Positions 1-13,044 of a DNA stretch of 64,000 nucleotides are shown here, piece after piece. The notes beneath the pieces are model-generated. The model had not been told where the DNA came from and searched no databases. It worked only from the letters and a program-made list of their open reading frames with translations. Position 1 is the stretch's first letter. Each line of letters starts with the position of its first letter. Source of the stretch: Lama glama (Eukaryota). The translations under genes and the position numbers were made by a program. The stretch is taken from assembly GCA_028534125.1 (NCBI GenBank), contig CM052817.1, forward strand, positions 100,938,001 to 101,002,000, read 5' to 3'.

Positions 1-350
1 AAAAATAACCCAAATGTGTAATAAAAGGGATTAGATAAATAAATTAAGAAATAGCTGCATGTTAAGTACTATTTAGCTATTAAAGGAGAATATTTAATGA
101 TAGGAGGAAATTCCATGATATATTAAGTGAAAAAAGCAAAATACAGACGTGTACGCCAACAAACACAGCATATACTGAAAGTTACATGAGAGCAGAGGCT
201 CATGGCTATTCCAAAGTACTTAGTGCTCTGTAGGTTCTCAGTAACAATTTGTAAAATAAATAAAGAAAAAATATTCATACAAAAAAAAAGATATTGGCCA
301 AAATGTTGAATGTTAACTCCAGATAATGGAATTATAGGTTAAGTCTTTTC
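1..350 (+). mobile_element. Old L1 (L1M-type) 3' fragments with an L2-like piece
   Basis: Motifs like gatatattaagtgaaaaaagcaaaatacag typical of old L1 3' ends. Confidence 0.5.
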
Positions 351-2894
351 TCTTTGAAGCTAAAACAATTTCTACCCTTATGTTCCATTCATTCTACTAT
401 ACATGGGCTTGTTTAAATGTTCCAGTAATTAGTATCCTCTAATAAAGGGTTTGTTTCCAGAGAATTACACTGTCCAATCAGTAACCAAATATCTCTCCAT
501 GAAAAGGAAGCTACTGATGAGTGATGAAATTATTGTGACATTACCAGAATTCACCTAGAGAAGATCTGAAGGTAGCACCTTCTTTTTTTTTTTTTAAGGA
601 AATAAGTAGTATTCAGTATTCAACATCTAAAGCAAAGAGAAAAGGTTGCATGCACATTTAATTCATTCTGAAAGGAACAATAACAATAGCCTTTAACCTG
701 CTGCCTCCTTTCCTTCCTGGTCAATAAATAAAAGGCTACCAGAGTTTCCCACAAGCCACGTGAATAAATGGCACCTGGTTTTCCTAAACTGCGTAATAGC
801 CAGTAGCAGTACAAAGGTAAACGAGCAGATAAGCCTCACGTCAGCAGCATATATGGCAGGCAGCTATCCCCCTTCTTCTTACCTCTCCAAACATAATGCC
901 AATTGAGAGAAAAGTAGTAATCTTCTCTTCTTCATAAGGAGAACCGGCAGGCAGAATTCCCCAAGCTGCAGGGAGAAGGAAAGAGAGAGAGACTGCAAGC
1001 TGAAAAAAAAAGGTTTCCAACTAAGCAGGGTTAGGTTTAAAACAGTCTTTGAGTTAGTACAAAAAATTTCCCCCAAATCCAAAGAATACCGGCTATTGCT
1101 TCCTTCTTTGCCAAAAAAAGTGCATAGAACTTGACTGTCTTCCATCATCGCTGAAGTAGCTTCCAGTGTTTCTTTCCAGCCAACCTACTTTCTAATTTCC
1201 CTTGGGGCAGCAGAATCATAGGAAGACTAATCCTAGGTACAGCCTTGCACAGCATAACGCTATGTGTAAAGACTAATCATGCACAATACCAGAATCGCAC
1301 TGGACCAGAGAGTACCTAAAATGATAAACAATGCAGAAGTTAGCATTAATTCCAAGTACTTCCAAGTCCATCAGAATCTCTTTCAAAACCATCAGCTGCT
1401 GCCAAGGAAACAATCCAGCTAAGGACAACTATTTAGTTTAATAACTAAAGCAAGTGTCCACCTTTCTAATATAAGAAATAACTCTGAGCCTAACAGTCTA
1501 ATAGATAACTTCAGTGCAGTTAAGTGTTTCTAAACTTAAGAGACAGCTAGCAGGAATCCTTATGGCACCAGCCAGCTCAGTTAAGTATACATCATTCAAG
1601 CACCAATGATGCACCTTTTCCTAATGACCCTTCTGAAACTCTAAGAACAGCCTTTGTACTTGGCTACTAAGTTCCATTCTCTTCCTATGTAATAAAAGCA
1701 GTAATAGTTATATATTGGGATCCTTTTGTTACAGTTGAGAAGACTAATGGCATGGCTTTGAACAGGAAAATCCACAGTAAACTGTAGAACTGAAGTCAAA
1801 TGAATTGGCATATATATTCACCCTTTTCTTTTAAGGACAGAGCCATTTAAGATAAAGACACTTTATACACAGCTTTATGTTTAGGGATTTCATTACGGTT
1901 TTTGTCAGAGAAGGTATTGGGGAGATCTCAGACAATAAATATTATTTACTTTTGAAACCTTTGTAGTGTCATGGGTATTTACTACTCACATACATGGGGA
2001 AAATATCTGTATACGGATATTCACAGGGATGTTCACTATGCTGAAACTCCCTACAGATCTGTAGAGGCAGATTTCTGCCTCTGGGCACTTAGTCATTAAA
2101 AATGTCTTGTCAACTAATGAGACAAGACAGATTGAAAGTACGGTCTAAAGAGGGGTAGATGTCACAGAGTGCACGGTTACCTTTCTCATTTCTGCAAGTG
2201 TAAAAACAGTACCCAAGTCTGTTGAAGGAAAAGCTGTTCAGAACCTTGAAGGGAGATGTGCGTGGCTGGGTCACCGGTATGTACTGTATGTAAATGAGTT
2301 CCAGGTTTGTCTAGTACCACTGCAGAGTCATACATTGCCTGCACTCAGTGCTTGGGACAGGGAGAGTATCCGAAGTACAAGGTGAGGACTCCACTTAAGT
2401 AACTACAAGGGCCCTGGGAGAAGGATTGTTCAGCTGTTTCTGTAGACAGGGCAGTGATCTACTTAAGTAACAGGGCGAGCAAACAAAGCTGAAATCGGTC
2501 ATCTGCATAAAGACAGAGGAGCAGGAAAGAAAAGTGTCATGGATCCACTGTGTGCCAGCGAGCAGAGCAAAAAGTGATCACAAAGACAGAGCAAGTAATA
2601 GGAACTCAGGGATGCTGGGTGAAGGGTCTGGTCTTCCTGAAGGGGGTGGGCGCGAGCGACGTGGCCAGAAAGCGCGCGCGCGGGGTGGGGGGTTGTTCCA
2701 GGCACTGGGGAAGAAGACTGAGATGCCCGCATCCCGTCTACTCCCGAAACCCCCACATTCCCTCCACCCTCCCACTCCCCGAGGGGCTGGAATAACCTAC
2801 GTCGTCTCCGGCAGCAGAGAAAGAAGCTTTGGCTCTCCAGTGACATGCGAGGCAGTGAGCTACGTCCACTTCCACCCTCCCGCCACGGGCTCAC

Positions 2895-3110
2895 CGTCTG
2901 TTGGGGGGACGCCTAACGCGTGAGGCTGGGGTGTGTGACTGAGAAAGAAGGGATGCTGAGGGCTCCTGGAGACCTCCAACCACTCAAAAACAGGCCAGCG
3001 CGCTCTTCGGGAAGCTCCCAGCTCTGACAGGTGTATCTGGACCCGCGCTCACACCCCTCTATGATCCGGCCGCAACCAGAAAATTACCCGGGCAACGGCG
3101 CCGGCGGAGT
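2895..3110 (-). other. TIGD4: Probable non-coding first exon of the divergent gene (TIGD4 by human synteny); TSS approximate, CDS outside window
   Basis: Minus-strand donor ACG|GTGAGC at 2895/2894 in the CpG island; gene identity rests only on the recalled human head-to-head TIGD4-ARFIP1 arrangement. Confidence 0.55.
3083..3096. promoter_or_regulatory. RFX X-box-like motif
   Basis: ATTACCCGGGCAAC (minus strand GTTGCCCGGGTAAT), imperfect palindrome close to the X-box consensus; second half-site GTTGCTAGGG at 3121-3130. Confidence 0.55.
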
Positions 3111-3283
3111 CCCGGATGTGGTTGCTAGGGCCGCAGCGGGAGGGGCGGGGCCCGCCTCCTGGAGCGGGGCGGAGGGGGCCTCCGGGAAGGCGTGCTGGCA
3201 CCATCGAGATGTGACTGGGCCGGCCAGACTAAGGGAGAGAGAGGCCGTCCAGGGCCACGGACAACGCTACTTCCGGTCTCCTC

Positions 3284-3545
3284 ACTTCCGGCTCCGCTGC
3301 TCGGGGTGCTGGAGCTTTAGGCCGGGTGGAGAGGCGGCCGGTCTGGGTGTCCTCGGCGGTTGGTCAGTGTGCGGCTGTGACAGCTGTAGTTGCTCCCCGC
3401 CCCCGAGGAGCCGAGGTGCGTGGGGGGAGGGGAAGAAGGAAAAGGCCCAGGTCGCGTTTCCGCTCACTTCTTGCCCGGGCTGAGGCGACGCCGGAGAGCA
3501 GAGGCAAGCATAATCCTCGACGTGAAAGCTGCCCCCCGCAGACAG
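3284..3545 (+). other. ARFIP1: ARFIP1 exon 1 (non-coding 5'UTR); start approximate
   Basis: Inside the CpG island after the ETS pair; no ATG; ends at strong donor CAG|GTGAGG (3545/3546). Confidence 0.8.
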
Positions 3546-4869
3546 GTGAGGGCGGAGCTGGCCGGCTGGAAAAGAGGCGGGGGAAGGCTGCTCGGAGGTG
3601 GTTGGCGGGGCGGGACACGTTGCCTCTGGGGTTCGCAGTTCCGGACTTTCATAGGGCGCTTCTGTCCTTAGCCTATGCCATCTACATCTTCCCAGGTATT
3701 CGGCCTTTGGTTTCTGCCTCTTCGTTCCTCCTGTCCCCCTGAGTGTGCCCCTTCCCCCCGCCCCCGAAACAGCCAGGTGAAGAGGTAGGACTGGCCCTCC
3801 CAGGGCGGCACCCTCTCGGTTTTGCATGCCTTGAGTTGGGAAAGGGGTTGCAGGATTCAGGTTTTTCTCGCCTGAGTCTCAGAATTGGCCACCTTCAGGG
3901 TTTAGTGTCCGGTCTTTATTTCTCTCCTCCTCTCCCTGCATCCCCCACGTCCTCTCTCCCGCAGTGAGAGGAAGGGAGATAGCAAGAGTCCCTGCGAGAG
4001 GTTCCTTAGGCAGTGGTGGAGGGAGGAGCCTTGCCTATGAAATGTCCCAAGCCTGACTGTGCTTGCGAGGACGTCCAAGGAATGCTGGAGTTTGGGAAGG
4101 AAGTTGGGCTTTCGTCTCGTCCGTTCCTTTTTGCCAAGTTACTACTGTTTACGTGTCTAGGAAAAAGGAAGGAGTTTTTTTTTTTTCCTTACGAACAGTT
4201 TTCTAGACGCTTTTCCCTTTTACTTTATTTTATTACTTCCTTTGTTTTGTTCTTATCTCCGTCTTGAGCCCTTTGATCCCAAAAATGTTTGTATTTTACA
4301 CTTCCTGCAGATCCTTTAGCTACCTCCTTTTAGAATTTCTGTCCCCCGCTCCCTTCATTTTCTCCTAGATTAAATAAAGCATGTAATTGCTCTGACTGGG
4401 TTCTTAAGGAAAAAAAATGGAAGATTTGCAGGACTTTTCATAAACTTGTTCTTTCACTTGCAAGTGTGGCAGGTGTGTGTGTTCACACTTGCCATTAATT
4501 GACTTCCTTGGCATGAGAATGTGCATCCAAATTCGTTATGTTAAATCATTCCTGTCTTAAGGCTGCAGCAATTGGCCATTTTATTGCTGCAGAGTGAATC
4601 TCAGAGTGAACGACCCACTGTGTGTCAGTACTGTTTGAATTCTGCTTTTTTTGTTCTTGTTAGTCCTGTTTTTTTTGTTTGTTTGTTTGTTTTCCTTGCT
4701 CAGCATGGCCAACACTCTCTCCCAGGCACCATGTCTAACATCTATCAGCTGAGAAAACAGAAAATATTCCTTATCTTATTTTATTTTCTGGATTAAAATC
4801 TCCACCTCAGTTACTTTCCTCCTTCTTCGAACTGATGAATTAGTTTGCCTTAATCCCGGTTTATGCCTT

Positions 4870-5052
4870 GGAGGTCCATGGTCTGGTGGTCAGTGACTTT
4901 CAGGAGACTTCTTCATCCGCACCCCTGAAATTACATGCAAAGTTTTGTTTGAGTGCATTTTCTACCTCCCCCACACCCCCCAGGAAAATGTCCTCTCTTT
5001 CTCAGACTCTCAAAAGAGATATATAAACTCCACATAGATTAAAAACCACTCC
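4870..5052. mobile_element. hAT-Charlie-like MITE relic
   Basis: acccctgaaattacatgcaaa ... ttaaaaaccact terminal motif. Confidence 0.45.
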
Positions 5053-5934
5053 TTAGACAGCGTCTTCTTAAAGTTAATGAAACTTTTTCAAACTGTACAT
5101 AGCTAGTTTGGGCACCAAAGAGAGTAGAATGCAGAGATTGTACTGTGTGCTGATGAAATCTCTAGCTACTTCAAAACTTTAGCGTTTCTAAATTTCTGCC
5201 TGGACCTAGAGAAGGAAGTAAGACTGCCTCCTTATTTAGTTCCTGATTTGTGGTTTTGAGGTTTCTTTTTAGGGATAGCTGTTTGTGGCCAGTGCTCTGG
5301 AGATCCAGTGGATTCATAAATTAATATGTTTATTATTATTTAACACATGTTAAACATCATCAGCCCACTGGGTACAGTTCAGAGTAAAATACTTAAATTT
5401 CTGGTAATTTTGTTTTCATTTTCTTGTTTTTCACTTGAGGCATCTACTTTGGGCTGTGGCTTTGTTAGGAAGGGCAAATAAGATGTTTCAGTGGTGTGGT
5501 CCACAAGCCTTTGGCACATTGCTGCTTATCTTGACATCGCCTTTCCCTATGTATTACTGCTGTGATAGATATTTTAATGATCATTCCCTTTTGTGAATAA
5601 GTTCGTATTCTTTCAAACTTAATATCAGTTTAGAGTGCATTTTGAACTTAACTGATTTGATAGTGAAGTGTTTGTTGATGAAGGGTTGAAGTTCTAAATG
5701 TTAGACACCTGTTTAATGGAATGTTAGAACTTGAAGAGACCTATTGAGCTCACCACAGTCCGTATAGAATAACCAGCTTCTTCTGCTTACAGAGTAATTT
5801 TCCCTGTGTCTAGCATCCTCACTTTGGGTGACAGAAAACATAACTTTATATCAACTCTTTATAGAGTTGATTATGCTAAATTGGTTTCCTTCTAAGGTAA
5901 TGAGAAAGTCAGAAGATAGATTGTATCTGACACC

Positions 5935-6190
5935 GTAACAACAATTAACATGTGTTTGCTTACTGTGTGCCAGGCATTATGCTAAGTGCTTTACATGATT
6001 ATCTCATCTAATCCTCACAGCAACCTTACAACGTGGCTACAGTTTTCATTTTTATAGAGGAAGAAATTGGAACTAAATGATTAACTGAGGCTAAAGTAAT
6101 CTGCTCAGAATTACACTGATGGAGCCAGCATTGAACCTAGGTTATCTGAATCCAGACTTGAGCTCTTAACTACGACTCTGGACTGCTTCT
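5935..6190 (-). mobile_element. MIR SINE
   Basis: tactgtgtgccaggcattatgctaagtgctttacatg...atcctcacagcaacc is the reverse complement of the MIR core and tail. Confidence 0.85.
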
Positions 6191-7226
6191 GCCATATTTA
6201 ATTTATGTCTTTTTTTTTTTTTTTGGCCATGAGTTGAGGGTATCTTACCTGATTTTCTATCAGACAATAAGTAAAGAAGGCCTCTTCCTTTATCAATCTT
6301 CAGTAACTGAACATCTGTTTGAATATTATACCCAAAAGTATGACAAAGAGAAATTAATTTGAAGGAGGTTTATGGAGTGTTACTTGATCATTTTCCCATG
6401 GGGTGGATATAAATCTGTGTATTTGTAGGTGTGTATGATGGCATATGAGGAATGGCAAATATGAAAATAAAAGATTTTAAGTAATAAACCTGGTATTGTA
6501 AGAGTCTGGAGGTATAAATACATTCCAGAGTGATACATTTGGGATGGGATAAGGAATGAATTCAGGATGGAGGAAGGAGTAAATTTATTAGGAATTTAAG
6601 GTAATGTGGCTATGGATGAAAAACTAACAATATATGTGCAGACTGGAAAGAGTACTTCCACATGATATGGAAATTGATGACTTAGGGACCATGACAGTCT
6701 AAAAGTCAGATATACATCAGCATTAATTCTAGGAAGTATGAAAAATGCAATGAAACAAAGGAACCTGAAAATAATCTTGTTATCTTCAGCCTCTCCTAGC
6801 TTTAGGCAATCATGGAAGCTGCTGAATAGCTCTTGCCCATTCTCAGCTCTTCTCTACAAAAGTATACATTTTGTTTTTCCTTTGTTCCTTTTCTCTTTCT
6901 TCCCTTCATCCCTTATTTCCCTCTCCTCCATTACTTCTAAACTTTTGTCTTAAGATGGTTGTAGGCAGATTTTGCTGAAAATAGCTCAAGCCTTTTGTGA
7001 AAGTAACCTAAAAGTTTTTATTTTGTTTCATTTTTTGACTATCTGTGATGGCGTTGGACTAGCAGCTCTTTGATGTTCAGGTCTGATACTTTTTGATCGT
7101 TTGGGGAACTGTGACACTGTCTTTGAAGCAGAGTCGTAAGAACAACAGTTATCTGTGAGACCTAAATCATCCAGAGCAGGGAGTCAGTTGACCAACTCCA
7201 GTTTCTGCTAACATGAGATCGTGTTT

Positions 7227-7385
7227 TAGAGCAACGTTTCCAAACTTTTCTGCATCATGGCACACATAAAAATGATTATATTTGTATGACAGACTCCCTG
7301 GCTCCCTGAAAGGTGAGGGGGCTGTGGCGGGTATCAGTATTTCATCTGTAATCCATTCTTGGCACATTGGTTGGAAAGCTTTGTC
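7227..7385. mobile_element. Short hAT-type MITE relic
   Basis: Degenerate terminal inverted motifs tttccaaac / gttggaaagc. Confidence 0.35.
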
Positions 7386-7429
7386 CAAGCGAAGAGGAAT
7401 ATGACACTCTTTAATACCTTCTGTTTATT

Positions 7430-7940
7430 TAGCATATAATATTGTACAAAGCACTTTCACATATCTTTTCATTTTATTTTTACTTCAACCATCTCAAGTA
7501 GATAAGAGTAGATAACATTACCATGTTGGAAATGAAGAAATTGAGAATTTAGATAAAGTGCTTTGTATAAAATTACATACCTAATAAGAGATGGATCAGA
7601 AATTCACATCCCAGGTGTAAAGAGTCCCTGAGGGTTAAGCTGGTGGAATGTAACCTCCAGGATGGCTGGGACTCTTATCTGTTTTGTTTCAAAGCACTGC
7701 CTTCAGAATCTAGGGCAGCACCAGGTACAGAGAAGTTCATGGTGGTTGTCATTTATTGAGTGCTACTCTGGCTAGGCATCATGTTTATAGATGTTATCTG
7801 TGTGTTACGTATTCTTATTTTCTATTAAGAAATGAAGATACAGGCATGGGAACCAGCAGAAGTAATTAGTCTAAGGTCATCCAGACAGTAAAAGGAGAAC
7901 TTCAAGACTCATAACCAAAGTTGCTTGTTCTTTTTTTCAC
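7430..7940. mobile_element. Cluster of degraded MIR and L2 fragments
   Basis: MIR-core-like aatgaagaaattgag; L2-tail-like piece ~7640-7750. Confidence 0.5.
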
Positions 7941-8517
7941 TATAATGATTTGATGACATTGTGAGGTAGAGATTGGGTTCTAGTTTAAGTGTCACACTGG
8001 TGGCAGAGGGTGATGGTGGTGAAAGGGAGATAAGCAAGAGGACTATTAAGTGTTTATTTTTGGCAGTCTTGAGGTAGAGTTCTAGAGATGATGGCTTTTT
8101 AATAGGATTTGAGGGTATTTGGGATGGGGGTGGTGTAGAAGAGAAATGTGATAAAATTCAGAGAGAGTAACTTGGGCCATTGGTGCTCCAGGTACTTCTG
8201 GCAAAAGGGTTAGAAATGTAGATCCTCTTCATATATGGCTAAATGTTAATTGTAGATTATCTCTTAAAGATAGGTTTACAGATCATTTTCCTCTTTCTGT
8301 ATTTCCTAATTTTTCTGTATGGCATTGTATTTACTTTTAAAATTAAAAATATTTTAATTATGCAAGTAAATATATTCTTGAAATAAAAATTCAAATAATA
8401 TAATAAGCAGATGGAATGAAAATTTCTACTCCAATCCCTCTATCCCTCACATCCGCACTCAGTTAATTCACAAGATAGTTATTGGGCATTATAGGAAATA
8501 TATGAGGAAAGTCTAAC

Positions 8518-8712
8518 CCACTGCTGTCCAATAAAGTAGCCGCTAGCCACATGTGGCTATTCAAATTAGTTAAGATAAAAAAGAATAAAAAGTCAAGTCC
8601 TTAGTCACACCAGTCACACATCAAGTGCTCAGCAGCCACACATGCCTAATGGCTACTTTATTGGACAGCACTGGTAGAGAACATTTCCAGTGACATTGGC
8701 CAGCCTTGCTAA
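8518..8712. mobile_element. MER3/MER33-like hAT-Charlie MITE
   Basis: gctgtccaata..gtagcc.ctagccacatgtggcta signature with internal inverted repeat. Confidence 0.8.
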
Positions 8713-8964
8713 AACTTTAAAGTAATATATGATTAGTGACATAATAAATATACTGTTGAACCAAGATTTTAAAAGTCTCTGTGTTCCTCATGATGCCTAG
8801 CAGTTTTTGGTTTAGCTGATGAAATATTATTGTCGTATTCTCTCTCAGCTTTTTGTTTTAACTAAATCCAGATGGTCGAAGTCTCATGTTTTTCTGGGAT
8901 GTTTGGGGATTATTGTTAACTGCTTTTCTAGGATAAAGATCCCAGCTTTTCTAAGCATGTGAGC

Positions 8965-9930
8965 GTTTTCTCTCTCCTCTGAGCTCTAGATCTGTGTATC
9001 TTGCTTGCTAGTTGGCACCTCTCTTGAATATATTAAAGATATCTCACATACGAGGCCTGAAACTAAACTGATTTCTCCCTCACTCCTCCAAGACCCCAAA
9101 TGTTGGTCCTCTTTCTTTTTTTTTTATTTCAGTGAATGACTCCATTATCTTTCCAGTGGAAGTCCAGGAAAGTAGGAGTGATCCTCAATAACTTCCTCTC
9201 TCTGATATGTCCAGTCTGTCAACAAGGTTTATTAATCTTGCCTTCTTATTATCTCTTGAATTTGCCTACTACTTCCCATTTCTACTACCACCACTTTAGT
9301 GTATTACCATCATCTTTCCTGAAATTTCTACAGTAGCCTTCATTCTTGTCTACCGACTTTCTTCAACCCCTCTCTAATTTGTTATCCATCCTAAAGGCAC
9401 AGTGATTTATTCTGAAACACAGATCTGATTATCACTCTTCCTTCCTCCCCAGTCCTTTTATGGCTTCTCATTGCTTTTAGGATAAGAATAAAACTCTTTA
9501 GCAATCCTTAGCCCTCCAGCCTTATCTTCTATCATTTTCTCCTTAACTTTCCACTTCACGGGTGCAGGCCCTCTTTAGTGCCGTGTGCTTGTCTTCTGCC
9601 TTCCATGACAAGGCCTGTGTGCGTGCTTTTCCTCCTGTCTGGACCACTCTTTTTGTACTTTGATTTGACTTGTTGGCTCCCAGCTATTCCTCACACTTCA
9701 ACTGAAGTTTTACTTCTTTAGGAAATATTCTAACCTCCCAGATTAGGTAGTAACATCATATATTTACCACACTTACAGTTTGCATTTATACGTGTGATTA
9801 TGATTGTCTTTCTTTTCCACTACTTCCGTACTCCATGAAGATGGGGACCACATCTTACTCTCTTTTTTGGCTCATTATTGACTCCCTAGAACCTCCTTCA
9901 GTGCCTGACAGCTAAATGTTGATTGAATAT
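8965..9930 (+). mobile_element. L2 LINE 3' region
   Basis: Pyrimidine-rich L2 body ending cagtgcctgaca...aaatgttgattgaat. Confidence 0.75.
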
Positions 9931-10139
9931 CCAAGTTGATGGTATTAAAGATGTCAATTCGTGGAGTTTTGTAATACAAGATTTTGAATATAAATATTTA
10001 TAAATATAATAGTTGAATTGTCAGTTACACTGTTTTTTGAAGTGCATGAAAATAAATTATTTTAATAAGTTTATATTATTATTATTAGAACAGTCATTAT
10101 TATAAAATATTATGCAGTATTCTTAGCTTACTTTGTAAT

Positions 10140-11305
10140 AAACCCTTATTTTAGAATAGTTTTAGATTTACAGAATTACTGTAGAGATAGTGTACAGAGT
10201 TTCCCACATTATTAATGTTTAACAGTATAGTACACTTGTCACAATTCATTAGGCAGTATTTATACATTATTAACTAATGCATGTTCAGTTTTTTGGGGTT
10301 TTTTTTCCGGTTGCCTCAGTTTTCTCCTAATGTCCTGGTTCTATCCTAGGATTCCATCCAGGATACTACATTATGTTTAGTTGTCATGCATCCTCTTAGT
10401 TTTAACAGATTCTTGGACTCCTCATTTTTTATGACAGTTTGGTAGTTTTGAAGATTACTGGCCAGGTGTTTTGTAGGCTGTCCATCAGTTGGGATCTGTC
10501 TGATGCTTTTCTCGTGATTAGACTGGGTAACGTGTCTTGGGGAGAGAGACCGTGGAGGATATCATTCTTATCATATCCTGTCAAGAGTAAATGCTATCAG
10601 TACGCCTTACCGTTATTGATGTTACCTTGATCACCTGGCTTTAGACAGTGTTTGTCAAGTTTATACATTGAACATTGTAATGTTACTTTTTCTCCCCTCC
10701 CTTTGCATGTGGTACTTTTTAGAAGAAAGTCCTTATGTGAAGTACACACTCAAAGTGTGGGGAGTTATGATCTACCTCCTGAACTGTGGAGTATGTATAT
10801 AAATTTTTTTGGAATTCTGCAAAGGAGATTTGCTTCTTTCTCATTTATTAATTTATTCAATCATTTATTTGTATCAATATTGACTCATGGATAATTATTT
10901 TATACTTTGCATTATAATCCATTATTACTTTATTTTGTTGCTCAAATTGTTCTGCCTTTGGCCATTGGGAGCTCTTTCAGTTGGTTCCTGTATTCTTTTG
11001 AGATTTTTGTGCTTGTTTTGTTATGGGTTTTTTTTGCTTTGTTTTGAAGCACTTTCTTACTTTGCAGCACTACAAGATATTCCAGGCTCATCTTGTATAT
11101 ATCCTGCCCTAGTCCTAGAATCAGCCATTTCTCCAAGGAACGCTGGTTCCCTTTATTGGAGAATGGTATTAGAAGCTGAGATCTGGGCTCTATATGTGCT
11201 CATTATTGCAGGAGTTGCTTCTGGGAAATACACACTAACTCATGTATATACACATATCTATAAATATTTCTGTATGTAACCATCTGTATCTATATTAAGC
11301 TATAT
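10140..11305 (-). mobile_element. L1 (L1MC/L1MD-type) 3'UTR
   Basis: ttagaatagttttagatttacagaa start; cctagaatcagccatttctccaaggaa motif. Confidence 0.8.
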
Positions 11306-12544
11306 TCTTAAATCATTTACTCTGAGCTTTTTCCCATTAAAAAAATTACCTGTGAATATTGAGGGGTTTATTTTATATAGTTTCAGGAATTTAGCCACAG
11401 AATTAAAGTTACTCTTTAATTCTCCTGGTTGGCTTCATTGCTAATATTCTGGAACTTAGCTAGCCAAGAATAAGGCCACAGTATGCTGATTAATTTAGGG
11501 TTTATTTACAGCTCGTTTTCAAGGAGTAATTTAATTTTGAGTCATACCATTTTACTTCTCATTAGTTTTTCTGTAATACAATCTGAATAGGAAAATAAAA
11601 GGACTTTCCCAGTTAATTTTGTTACTTGGTTGGAAGTTGGTAATAATGATGAGGATGAGAATAGTTGAATATCTTTTAAGTTGATTTTTAAATTGTTTCT
11701 CATTATTACTTATAGTTGAGGATTAACTATATTTTGTCAAAGCTTTCTACTTTTGAATTATCTAGACTGATGTGTTTATCTTAATGAGCATCCTGAACTT
11801 AATTATCAGTATCTAAAAGGGCTTATAATTGTCTGGCAAAATAGCTTTTACAGATACCAGATAGTTATTGCCATAAGATAGCAGCATAATGTAAATGATT
11901 CTTTATCTTATTTCTTTTTATTTTATTATTCTACATATGAAAGAAAATGTAATATACTTTGAGCATATTTGTGGTAAACCACTTTCAGTTCAATGTCATT
12001 TGCATTGACAGTAGGGAAAAAGATTTTTTCCCCCATGTTAAGGAAACTACCATCATGAAGAAATATTTTAAGTTGTTTTGACTAAAATAGAAAACTAATG
12101 TATTTTGGGTATCATTTTTCAACTCAAAACATATGTAGCTATCTAATGTAGTCACTATATATTTTAACTACATTTTTTTATTGTAAACAGTTCAGTTCAA
12201 CTTGAAAATTAATATCGATTTATGAAATTAAAACAAATCTTACCATTCTCTCCTTGTTTATCCATCAGCGAGAAAAGATTGATGTATTCCAGTAAATTCT
12301 ATCTAGAGTGAAAGAAATAGAGCCACTTTCTTTAGTCTTTAGCTTGGTAACCAGTCTCTGAAATAAGTAATATGCCAGACTAGAGAAACTAAGCAAGTTC
12401 AGATCAAAGCCAGCCCAGGTTTTGCTACCTTTTTGCCCTCAGTTTGCTGTATTTACCTCCCTAGCATTGTCCTTGAGTTCCACTCCTTGGTCCCATGTAT
12501 CATAATTATTTATAGTACTTCTCCAACTTTTTTTTACTGAAATA

Positions 12545-13044
12545 NNNNNNNNNNNNNNNNNNNNNNNNNNNNNNNNNNNNNNNNNNNNNNNNNNNNNNNN
12601 NNNNNNNNNNNNNNNNNNNNNNNNNNNNNNNNNNNNNNNNNNNNNNNNNNNNNNNNNNNNNNNNNNNNNNNNNNNNNNNNNNNNNNNNNNNNNNNNNNNN
12701 NNNNNNNNNNNNNNNNNNNNNNNNNNNNNNNNNNNNNNNNNNNNNNNNNNNNNNNNNNNNNNNNNNNNNNNNNNNNNNNNNNNNNNNNNNNNNNNNNNNN
12801 NNNNNNNNNNNNNNNNNNNNNNNNNNNNNNNNNNNNNNNNNNNNNNNNNNNNNNNNNNNNNNNNNNNNNNNNNNNNNNNNNNNNNNNNNNNNNNNNNNNN
12901 NNNNNNNNNNNNNNNNNNNNNNNNNNNNNNNNNNNNNNNNNNNNNNNNNNNNNNNNNNNNNNNNNNNNNNNNNNNNNNNNNNNNNNNNNNNNNNNNNNNN
13001 NNNNNNNNNNNNNNNNNNNNNNNNNNNNNNNNNNNNNNNNNNNN
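12545..13044. other. Assembly gap (500 N)
   Basis: Run of exactly 500 N. Confidence 1.

Larger units (their letters stand above)
2630..3800. promoter_or_regulatory. CpG island / TATA-less bidirectional promoter (ARFIP1 on +, divergent gene on -)
   Basis: Sharp GC/CpG enrichment against AT-rich flanks; GC boxes at ~3138-3180; tandem ETS motifs ACTTCCGG at 3269-3276 and 3284-3291; splice donors facing outward on both strands. Confidence 0.92.

Noticed and set aside
2499..3967. Many overlapping 60-180 aa ORFs on both strands
   Set aside because: Expected from GC-rich CpG-island sequence; no recognisable protein, and several run across splice donors
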